Under the pieces are notes generated by a model. That model was not told the DNA's origin. It ran no database searches and saw only the letters and a program-made list of their open reading frames with translations. Below, piece by piece: positions 18,133-27,100 of a stretch of DNA of 64,000 bases; position 1 is the stretch's first letter, and every line of letters starts with the position of its first letter. This DNA is from an uncultured Clostridia bacterium (GTDB lineage: Bacteria; Bacillota; Clostridia; Christensenellales; UBA1242). Made by a program: the position numbers and the translations under genes. The stretch covers positions 217,731-281,730 of the forward strand of contig CALWKE010000002.1 in NCBI GenBank assembly GCA_944381185.1. The letters are read 5' to 3'.

Positions 18133-19984
18133 TTATAAAATTTTTATGTTCTTTGATATGATTTAATAACTTTAATTTAAATTCGCTATCAATATTTTCA
18201 TTGTTAGATATAATATATTTTGTGTGTTCATCTATATGAATTTTGTGATTATCAATTTCAAGTGGACTTTCAAGTTTGATTAATTTTAAATTTTCGTTAT
18301 TTGCACGTTTTGAATGCAAGTCGTCAATGTCTTGAGTTATTTCCCAATTATCTAGTCCTAGCATTTTTAGTAATCTATTTTTATTGCTTGAACTTATTTT
18401 TCCTGATGAATCAAATAATATTCCCTTATCATAAAGTGAAAGGATTAAATCTTTTTTATTATAACTATTTTCTTCTAATTCATTTTTAGAATCTAAAACA
18501 ACATCGTCAGCAGTTATATCACTGTTTTTCCAATAGAACACTTCAATTGAACCATTTTTATCGGTAAATTTATCTAATCTTGTCTGCGTTGCGAATTGTT
18601 TGTATAATCTTAAAATATATTCACCGATTTTCTTTATAGACTCTCTAATGTATTCTGCTGTCAGTGATAGTCTGGTTTCATCTTGTTCAATTAAAAGATT
18701 TAAGGCTGAACCACTATTAATTCCAGTTGGAACATTGGTTGTTGTTGTAACATCGCTAACACAACAAAGATTATTGAGTTCACTTAAAAGCATGGTTTCT
18801 TCATTTTCAAGTTCAGAAGGAATGCTTCCTGCATCTAAAAATTTTGGTGGTGTTGAACCATTTCTATATACTAAAATTTTTCCGGGAGCTAAACCTTCAT
18901 CTTCAAGATTGTCAATATCAACTGAACCATCTTCAACACTCAAAACACCACTTGCAAGTCTTTCAATAAATTCATGTTTTTTATTTTTTATTGCGTTATA
19001 ACTTCGTTGAATTGGGATTGACCTTTCTATGACACTGATACCCCAAAATGATGAAATTTGTTTTGTTGAAACTTGTTTAATAAAAGGATATGTTAATTCA
19101 TTATTTTTTCCGATTTTATATGGCAAATCACCATCGTATAGTAATTTATTTTTACAGATAATAGTTAGTTTTCCATTTGTATTTCTGTTATTTGGTTTTT
19201 CGTATCTTTCAATTACTAAAACGTGATTATGTTTCGTATTATGAGAAATTTTTGTGATGTTGCTTCTGCCAGAAATTCCAGATAAAAAACTAGAGTTATT
19301 TAATTCACAAATATCAATATCTTCACCATCAAGATTTAATCCCCACGATTTATTAATATTTTCAACAGGAACGGCCCTTGCTTCAATTATTGATTCGCAA
19401 TCTTCTATTTCAATTGCTCCATTTGAATCAGGATATATTTCAAATGGTGAACAAACAGAAACTTGAGCATCTCCATTTTTAATTAAGTTTCCGTCGATTT
19501 TTCCAATGACATTTCCAAGAGAATCATTCCATGAAACTTTATAAAAACTCGTTCCTGTAATTTCACTCCAAGCATTAGCTGTAGATATTAATGATTTTAA
19601 AGAGTTTTTTTCGATAAAACTTTGAAGAATAGAGTTTGCTAAATTTGCAGAAAATAAATCATTTTCTGAATTACTTGCGGGTTTAACTGTTAAATTAGGT
19701 TTTATTTTATTCAATTTAGCTAGTCTGGTTTCAATTATTGGTGCAATATGGTTATAAACTTCTCTATTTTCCCAATAATAATGTTTTTCAATGTCAGTAA
19801 GTTCTCCAGAATTAGAAATGTAGGTGTATTGATTACCCACATAAAAATTCATATTTAATTCCCATGCAAGTTCATATGGTCTTCTTTCTTGTTGCCTTCG
19901 TTTGAAATCTTGTGTTATCGAATCAACAATAATTTTATCCTCAATTTCTGAATAGAAGAATTTTTCTTTATTTTTCTGTTTCAT
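18125..19984 (-). CDS. Portal protein
   Basis: 619 aa, between terminase and scaffold. N-terminal RRQQERRPYELAWELNMNFYVGNQY resembles portal N-termini. Confidence 0.8.
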   Translation of the reverse strand: MKQKNKEKFFYSEIEDKIIVDSITQDFKRRQQERRPYELAWELNMNFYVGNQYTYISNSGELTDIEKHYYWENREVYNHIAPIIETRLAKLNKIKPNLTVKPASNSENDLFSANLANSILQSFIEKNSLKSLISTANAWSEITGTSFYKVSWNDSLGNVIGKIDGNLIKNGDAQVSVCSPFEIYPDSNGAIEIEDCESIIEARAVPVENINKSWGLNLDGEDIDICELNNSSFLSGISGRSNITKISHNTKHNHVLVIERYEKPNNRNTNGKLTIICKNKLLYDGDLPYKIGKNNELTYPFIKQVSTKQISSFWGISVIERSIPIQRSYNAIKNKKHEFIERLASGVLSVEDGSVDIDNLEDEGLAPGKILVYRNGSTPPKFLDAGSIPSELENEETMLLSELNNLCCVSDVTTTTNVPTGINSGSALNLLIEQDETRLSLTAEYIRESIKKIGEYILRLYKQFATQTRLDKFTDKNGSIEVFYWKNSDITADDVVLDSKNELEENSYNKKDLILSLYDKGILFDSSGKISSSNKNRLLKMLGLDNWEITQDIDDLHSKRANNENLKLIKLESPLEIDNHKIHIDEHTKYIISNNENIDSEFKLKLLNHIKEHKNFINE

Positions 19985-20147
19985 ACTTATCTTTTATCCT
20001 TTTCATTGAATTAAATAAATTTTTAAAACATGTTTCACATAGATATGAATCACCTTTAAAACTATTTGTTTCTAAACGATATTTTGCTTTTTTATTGCAC
20101 ATTATAGTATCGCATTTAGTAATAAAAATTGGTGTACTAATTTTCAT
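19968..20147 (-). CDS. Small (59 aa) Cys4 zinc-ribbon-like protein, not in the ORF track
   Basis: My translation is MKISTPIFITKCDTIMCNKKAKYRLETNSFKGDSYLCETCFKNLFNSMKRIKDKYETEK. GGAG lies 7 nt upstream of ATG 20147. Cys spacing is C-x4-C-x19-C-x2-C. The ORF overlaps the portal start by 17 nt. Confidence 0.45.
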   Translation of the reverse strand: MKISTPIFITKCDTIMCNKKAKYRLETNSFKGDSYLCETCFKNLFNSMKRIKDKYETEK

Positions 20148-20577
20148 TTGATATCTCCGATATTAGTTTATTTTTTAAATTAATCAATTCTTCATTAGAC
20201 ATGTTTTCTATATCATTAATATCTATCTCCTTCCTAAAAATTTCAAATAGAATTTTAATAGCAAGCATATCAGGCGGAATATAATGCGTGGTAATTTTCT
20301 TTTTAACGAGAGTAAGGTTTTCATTGGTTTGCTTAAAGTTTTCTGGTTTTCCATTTGATACTTCAATGATATCACTAGATTTATAAATATCAGTATTACC
20401 CCTGTCAATTTTATCAAAAAAACTTATATTTTCGCATTTTTGATTATCTTTTTTAGAATTATCTGCTAATTTTTGCGTTTTTTCATATTCTAATAATTCT
20501 TCATTATAGAAGAATCCAGAAGCTTTTTTTATAAGAATTTTAATTAAATCGTTTTCATTAAATTTGCTTTTGCTCAT
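20137..20577 (-). CDS. Hypothetical phage protein
   Basis: 146 aa, start overlaps the TerL stop. No motif recognised. Confidence 0.4.
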   Translation of the reverse strand: MSKSKFNENDLIKILIKKASGFFYNEELLEYEKTQKLADNSKKDNQKCENISFFDKIDRGNTDIYKSSDIIEVSNGKPENFKQTNENLTLVKKKITTHYIPPDMLAIKILFEIFRKEIDINDIENMSNEELINLKNKLISEISNEN

Positions 20578-22007
20578 AACCTCTTTTTTAAAAGTTTAAT
20601 AAACTTTTCTTTATTTTTTAATAAATCAGATTTTTTTGTTGTTTCAAATTTATTGTTAATGCTCATAATGTAATAACGAAGTTCGTCCATTGAATGGTCA
20701 TCATGTTTTGTAGGTGAATCGTTTCCACCCCACCTATAACTTTTAATTTCTCTAATCATATTTGTGCAATTAGAAAAGATAAATAATTTAGATGTTCCAT
20801 TTATATTTTTTAAATATGATTTTACTTTTGATATTCCCGATAACACATCTTTGTTTACATTAGAATTACATAAAATTCCATTTTCATAAAAAAGTTCGAC
20901 TACACTTTTTTGTGATGATAATGTTCTTTGATTTGCTGCACTGTCAATAATGGTTTCAATCATACCATTTGAAGCTGTTTTCCATTTTAAATTGTTTGAT
21001 ATTTCTTTAATTTTGTTAGAATGGTATTCTATTGTTTTATTTGAAGCATAATGCTCTGCAACAACATAAATATTTCCGTCATAATCTTTTGCATACCAAT
21101 GGCATGAAAGTGGGTTTGATAATCCCGGGTCGATTGAAATGTTATCTTGCCAATCAGATGGGATATTGAAGGGTTCAATAACATTAACACTTGGGTCAAA
21201 TTCTGTGTATATTAATCCGCAATCAATTGATGAAAACCTTCCATATTTTCGGCTCTCTATTTCATCTTTAGGCAAAGTGTTTGAAAGTCTTTCAAGTTCC
21301 TTTTTATTTAAGAAAGGATTATCTTCCCACGACATAAATTCGTAGAATACTTCTGGGTCATTTGAATTATTTAGATAAATTTCATTATAGATAAATGTCA
21401 ATCCCTTAAGAGGTGTCATTGTTCCAAAAATTTCACCACATTTGTCAAGAACTCTCATTTTGCATTCGTTATATATATCTTCAGGAGGTTCTTCATCAAA
21501 CCAAACAAAATCTAAACTTGCACCTTGAAATTTTTCTCGTCCTTCTTCGCAAGATTTAAACCAAATTTTACTAGTCAAACCAAATATATTTTTTAAAACT
21601 ATACATTCAATAACACCCTGTTCAGGTGCAGATTTTTTACCTTCAGTCATAATGATGTCTTGAATATAATTCTTGGGTAAATATTTTAAGATTTTCGCCT
21701 GTGCCACTTCTTTTTGAACTCTTGTTGATAGACTAACAACCCAACATTCTGTTTGTTTTTTATTTTGTTTGAAAGGATGAATTCCTAGTGATATCCAAAT
21801 AGTTTCAACAGCACCACATTCTGTTTTTCCTGTTCGATTACCGCCAAAGACCCACCTATTTCGTTTCGTTGATTTATGAAATTGGATTTGTTTTTCGTGG
21901 ACTATTTTTCCAGTATTATATTTCAATAAAGGTAGCAAATTTCTTTTTTCAATTTCTTTTAAAAGTTTAATTAATTTAATAATATTGTTTTTATTCATAA
22001 TATTCAA
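20574..22007 (-). CDS. terL: Terminase large subunit
   Basis: 477 aa. Walker A-like FGGNRTGKTECG, Walker B LDFVWFDEEP, and a C-terminal RNaseH-like nuclease region (IDPGLSNP..DSAANQ..HDDHSMDELRY). Confidence 0.9.
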   Translation of the reverse strand: MNIMNKNNIIKLIKLLKEIEKRNLLPLLKYNTGKIVHEKQIQFHKSTKRNRWVFGGNRTGKTECGAVETIWISLGIHPFKQNKKQTECWVVSLSTRVQKEVAQAKILKYLPKNYIQDIIMTEGKKSAPEQGVIECIVLKNIFGLTSKIWFKSCEEGREKFQGASLDFVWFDEEPPEDIYNECKMRVLDKCGEIFGTMTPLKGLTFIYNEIYLNNSNDPEVFYEFMSWEDNPFLNKKELERLSNTLPKDEIESRKYGRFSSIDCGLIYTEFDPSVNVIEPFNIPSDWQDNISIDPGLSNPLSCHWYAKDYDGNIYVVAEHYASNKTIEYHSNKIKEISNNLKWKTASNGMIETIIDSAANQRTLSSQKSVVELFYENGILCNSNVNKDVLSGISKVKSYLKNINGTSKLFIFSNCTNMIREIKSYRWGGNDSPTKHDDHSMDELRYYIMSINNKFETTKKSDLLKNKEKFIKLLKKRL

Positions 22008-22081
22008 TAAAGTTATTTGAGATGCTAAAATTAGACAAAAATCGCATTTTTTATTAAAAATAATTGAAATATAATATCAAT

Positions 22082-23056
22082 ATGAAAAAAATTTTGATAT
22101 TTTTATCTATTTTAGTTTTGTTTGTAAATGTTAAATTTTGCAATAAAAATGTTTTTGCCACAGCTGAAAATGCTAAATATGCAAAGGCACTTGCAAACTG
22201 CAAATTATATTTGACAGATGATTTAACAGACTCAATTGACAATGTTAAATTTATAATTCCAGAATCATATTTTGTTTTAATTATTGGTCAAATTAATGAT
22301 AATTGCTATTATGTTCAATATGATAAGTTTGTTGGTTATGTTGAATCATCAACAATTACATTAGCAACTTTTATTCCTGAAAATAAAACACTTACAGACA
22401 TTACATGTGAAATTAAATCGTCATCAGGAACGCAAATTTGGTCAAAACCTTCAGTTGCTAGTGGTGAAGTTCTTTCAACAATATCAGCAGGCACAAAAAA
22501 TATTAATTATATTGCATCAATTTATGGTGAAATACCATCAGGTGGTGAAACTAATCTTTGGTATTTTGTTTCATATACTCCGATAACAAATCCAACTGAT
22601 GTTTATGAAGGATATATTTATAGCGAAAATACAATAAATTTATCTAACATACCAATTAATAATGAAAGCAATCCTGAATTAAATAATTCTTCAAATTCAA
22701 ACAATAATAATAAAATAATTATTTCATCGTCATTTCAAACAATTATCATAGCAATAATAGCAATTCCTATTATTTTATTAATTTCAATTATTTTGTATAA
22801 ATTGATAAAAAAATTGCAAGAAAATACAAATAAAAGAAATTTTCAAAATGAAAAATATGAAAAATTAAATTTAAATGCAATTAATTATTATAATCATGAA
22901 GATGAAAGAAAGATAAACTTAAAATCACAAATTGATAATCTTTCACGCAAATCATTTATTCGTAAGAAGCGTCACACATTAACAAATGTTTCACCTATCA
23001 GTCAAAAAAATTATCCTGAATTTCCGAATTATGATTCTGAAGATGATTTATTATGA
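22082..23056 (+). CDS. Membrane protein: signal peptide, two SH3b-like domains, one TM helix, then a Lys/Asn-rich cytoplasmic tail
   Basis: The track start at 22064 is a TTG. ATG 22082 gives MKKILIFLSILVLFVNV. SH3b-like pattern: CKLYLTDDL..FVLIIGQINDNCYYVQYDKFVGYVESSTI plus a second copy ending YEGYIYSENT. TM helix IIIAIIAIPIILLISIILY. Confidence 0.65.
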   Translation: MKKILIFLSILVLFVNVKFCNKNVFATAENAKYAKALANCKLYLTDDLTDSIDNVKFIIPESYFVLIIGQINDNCYYVQYDKFVGYVESSTITLATFIPENKTLTDITCEIKSSSGTQIWSKPSVASGEVLSTISAGTKNINYIASIYGEIPSGGETNLWYFVSYTPITNPTDVYEGYIYSENTINLSNIPINNESNPELNNSSNSNNNNKIIISSSFQTIIIAIIAIPIILLISIILYKLIKKLQENTNKRNFQNEKYEKLNLNAINYYNHEDERKINLKSQIDNLSRKSFIRKKRHTLTNVSPISQKNYPEFPNYDSEDDLL

Positions 23057-23725
23057 AACAGATTTTTGCACTGCTTCATTTTCGGTAACATATGTTTTTG
23101 AATGATTATTATTTTTATATTGATAGTTTGCATTTTTAAAGTAGTCACTTACAATTTTTATAAATTTTTCTTTTAACCAAGTTTCTTGCTTTATTTGGCT
23201 TTCTATAAATCGAAGTGACCAATTTTTTGAAATTGCTCTGCTGTGAATCAAATTTATTATTCTGTCAATTTTTCGATATATTGTTCTAGCAGAAATATTA
23301 AATTCTTTTGAAAGATCTTCAGTTGACCAATTATAAACAAATCTTTTTTCAATAAAATTTAAATCTTCATCTGAAAGGTTTTTAACAAGTTCTTTTGTCA
23401 TAATATAGATGTTTAAAAGAGAGTTTTTTCTCTGTGACAAATCAATCAACGATTCAACTTGATTAATAAGTGAATTACTTCCATTAAAAACATCTGACGA
23501 AAATGAAACAGTTGATGCTTGAAGCTCGATAATTTTATCTACGGTTTTTATAATTTCAGGTATAGTGTTATAAGAAGCAAGAAGTGTTTTAATCCAAAAT
23601 TTAAATTTTGTGTCATCATCCATTTCAGATAAAAAATTTTTTATTAGTTGTTTTTTTGTTTGTTTTGAAATTTTATCTAACTTAAAATTTTTTATGTTAG
23701 ATTTGATTTTAGCCTTTGTATCCAT
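23051..23725 (-). CDS. Sigma-70 region-4-like HTH transcription regulator (candidate Xpf/ArpU/RinA-type late activator)
   Basis: 224 aa. LSDEDLNFIEKRFVYNWSTEDLSKEFNISARTIYRKIDRIINLI resembles a sigma region 4.2 HTH. The gene is co-oriented with the phage operon and divergent from the giant ORF. Confidence 0.55.
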   Translation of the reverse strand: MDTKAKIKSNIKNFKLDKISKQTKKQLIKNFLSEMDDDTKFKFWIKTLLASYNTIPEIIKTVDKIIELQASTVSFSSDVFNGSNSLINQVESLIDLSQRKNSLLNIYIMTKELVKNLSDEDLNFIEKRFVYNWSTEDLSKEFNISARTIYRKIDRIINLIHSRAISKNWSLRFIESQIKQETWLKEKFIKIVSDYFKNANYQYKNNNHSKTYVTENEAVQKSVS

Positions 23726-24059
23726 TTTTACTCTCCTTAAAGTAACATAACATAATGCTTATAACGCATCACAATCACATTTTAATATAAAAATTTTTAA
23801 TAAAATGCTTACCCCTGACAGGATTTTTATAAAAATTTTTAAATATGTGCAAATTGACTAAAAATTTTTTTTATTTAGTTTTATAAAAATTTTGTTATAA
23901 AACTATTACAGCTAAATTTGTGAATGATTTTTATAAAATCAAATAAGTTTTTAAGTTATACGAATAGTTATTTTTTTAGAACATTAAAAATCCGCGTAAA
24001 ATACTATTTTATTTTAATAACAATGGTAAAAATTTGTGCTTTTTTGCATAAATTTTAGT

Positions 24060-24087
24060 TTGCTTATTCGACTAAATATGTTAAAAT
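24060..24087 (+). promoter_or_regulatory. Candidate extended -10 promoter for the giant ORF
   Basis: TTGCTT (24060..24065), 16-nt spacer, TGtTAAAAT (-10 at 24082..24087). The RBS AAAGGTAGGA precedes ATG 24153. Confidence 0.3.
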
Positions 24088-24152
24088 TAGTTAGTAAAGT
24101 ATATAAGTTATTTTATAATAAATGAAACAAACTAATAAAAGGTAGGATTCGT

Positions 24153-27100
24153 ATGAAAAAACTTGCAAAAAGTAACTCAAAAAGAATATTAAGCAAACTT
24201 GCAAAATCTATTTCACTTTGTCTTTTAGCATTTGTGTCAATTTTCTTTGTTGCCTGCGGTCAAACATCATCAGCAAAAGAATCAGGTTTTGATGCTAATG
24301 GAAGGTATAGACTTAATGCACCAAATATAATTCATTATAACCAAACATCTGATGGAACATACAATGAATACACAGGTTCATTTTTGGTTCCTATGGAATT
24401 TTATAATGGTAATGATTATAAAAGTCAAACCAGTGGGCTTGATGCTTTTAATCTGGAAAATTTCTTAAAAAATTATGACCAAGTTGGAAATTGGGCTATA
24501 AGTGAAAATGATGGAACTCGCCTTTCATCAACTGACTTACTTTACCCAGATTATACTTTTTGGGTTGATGGAATAATTTATCAAGTTCATGTTAGTGTTA
24601 ATTTATCACAACTTGAAATTGTTAGAACCGCTGGAGGGTCTGCAAATAGTTACTTTAACGCAACAAACTATGTGTCAGCATTAGATGATTTGTCAAATAT
24701 ATTTAAATTTTCTTACAGAGTTGGAACCTCTGGCGTTTGGCAAGACGCAGATGGTTTTATTTCAGCTGTATATTTAAAAGTTAATGATGCAACAAACACT
24801 ACCGATGTTATTTCTGGAAAATTAGGAAATCAAGACGACTCTTATGACAAAGTTTTTTATATGGCGTTTAATCCTATTCTTCAAAATGGAAATACAACGA
24901 GAAGAATTAGAGTTAAAGCTACTCCTAATGCAAATATATCTTCTGACTTATCAGCAGTTGGAAGTTCTGCTAGTGTTGAATATAAAAATCGTGGAGATTC
25001 AATTTATTCACAAACAATTGTTTACAAAGCATATAAAATGTCATTTGAATCATATTCTCCAAATAGTGCTTATTTAGATTATGGTCAATTGTCTTATGAT
25101 AAAAATAAATTCTTCTTTTATGATGAACAAACAACATTTTCGCTTTCAACAAATAAGTATTACTTAACAAAAATAGATGGATACTTCCCTGAAGGAAGAA
25201 TTGTTGAAGTAAATCGAGAATTTGATAATGATGCAAATGGTGATGATTATGCCCTTCAATCTTGGACAGCAAATAGAAAGGGACAAACAACACTTGTTAC
25301 ACAAGAAACAATTTTAAATGGAATCAATTTTGATTTATTTGAAGACTATGACAGAGGATATCATTCATTATTTGGAACAACTTTAAATGAAAAATACTTT
25401 GCAATAAAGTCATTTATTAATGATAGTGATGTTTATTCAAATGGCTCATCTTACACTACATTTGAAAATATTACTATTTCAAATGACCAATCAACAAGAA
25501 CAGGAACAGTTTATGTTGTTTCAAAAAGCGATTATAACAACTACACATTTTATGCGAATTTTATTAAAATAAATAATTTTGTTCTTAAAGGAACATTATT
25601 TGATGCTGAAAAGATTTTGAATGTTGAAAATGCTAAACTTGAAAATGTTAGTTATCAAATTTATAATAAAGATGGAGTTGCCTACCCTGACAAATCAGGT
25701 ACAACAGCAGACTATACTTTTGAATTTACTGGTCTTGCTTATGGTGACTATGTTGTGTTTACAAAAGAAGATAACACAGATCCAGACAACCCTATTAGTT
25801 ATAAATTTTACGGAAATGATATATCGGGGTTAACTGTAGCTGGAGATTCAGAATTTAATGTTTTAAAGAACTATGTTACTCGTGAAACAAAATTAACAGC
25901 AATTGTTGTTACAGAAATTTACAACAATGTTGTTAGTTATGTTGACCCAGATAGTATGTCTTTTGTTTTTAATAATCGTTCATACTATGTTGATGAAAAC
26001 ACAGTTTATGATAGCAATGGAAACGAATGCACAAACTTTTCTGTTGAATATATCTATAAGGTTTTAGACTTAACAAATGTTTCTGTTCTTGCAACAAAAT
26101 ACGATGATGATACTTCCCTAGTTGTAAATGTTTATGCTCTTAATAATGGAGACCTCATTGACCCTACAGAGCAAGGAATATCTTATGAAGTAATAAAATC
26201 TGTAACCTCTCATGTTGACCAACTTGGTTTTGTTAAAACTACTGTTTATGTATCGGTTGTTCTTCCAAGTAACGCAACGGTTCAAAGTTATAATGTTATA
26301 ACAGATAATAGCATAAATATAAATCTTTTCCAAAACAGCAATAACGAATTTAATAAAATTTTAAAAATAGTAACTTTAAAAAATAAAGAGCAAGTAACCA
26401 ATTATTATTATGTTGATATAACAAGTAATTTGAATTCATCACAAGTCACAGTTAGTTCAAATGGTGGCAACTATTTGATTTATAATGATGAATATTTTGC
26501 CTATGCATTTAAAAATGTATATAACAACACTAATTATTACATTTATCAATCATGTGTTTCTGAAAATATGCTGGTTTCATACACATCAGGTTCAACACAA
26601 TTATATGACTTTTTAGATTTAGAAACAATTAATTATTCAACTAACTCATCAGATGCAAATTATCTTGCAGAAACTGCTGGTGGAACAATTTCAACTGGTT
26701 CAATTTATTCTTACATTCTATTCAATGGTTACACATACTTTTTAGCACCATCGGATATGGATATTTCTATTGAAGGTTTAAAATTAACCTCTAACCTTCC
26801 AAATGAAAAATTCGATGTCAATGTTTCTTATGAAAATGAAATTAATTTTGATGAAGAATCAATAATTCAATCTATATTATCTTCTAACAACAGAACTACA
26901 TACACAAAAGATGAAACATTTAATATTTATAGTGGTCGTTTCTCTATTGTTGGAAATTTAGTTGATAAATATTTCTATAATTTAAAAGTTAGTGCTGAAT
27001 ATAAATTAAATGATGCAACTCACACGATAAAAAGTGAGATGGAATCGTTAGACCCAGTTGTATTATCTATCGAACAAGTAAAATTCGAAAATAGTTCAGA

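Larger units (their letters stand above)
9959..23725 (-). mobile_element. Phage-derived morphogenesis cluster. Either a defective prophage remnant or a domesticated GTA/PBSX-like element; boundaries are approximate.
   Basis: Co-oriented, tightly overlapping genes in the order TerL, portal, scaffold, capsid, five unknown structural ORFs, then a holin-like gene. A sigma-like HTH regulator lies upstream. Housekeeping genes flank both sides. No integrase, replication or repressor gene is visible. Confidence 0.6.

Noticed and set aside
20137-20577. 146-aa ORF downstream of TerL as the small terminase subunit
   Set aside because: - Its position, after TerL rather than before it, is atypical.
- I recognise no TerS-like HTH or oligomerisation motif.
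- It is left as hypothetical.
22064-22081. Track start codons that extend ORFs upstream: 22064 TTG, 6266 TTG, 58673, 62000, 63855 TTG
   Set aside because: - They are non-ATG, or badly spaced relative to the SD, or in the case of 58673 lie inside the attenuator terminator.
- Downstream ATGs with proper RBS spacing, or a continued open frame to the window edge in the case of 63855, fit better.
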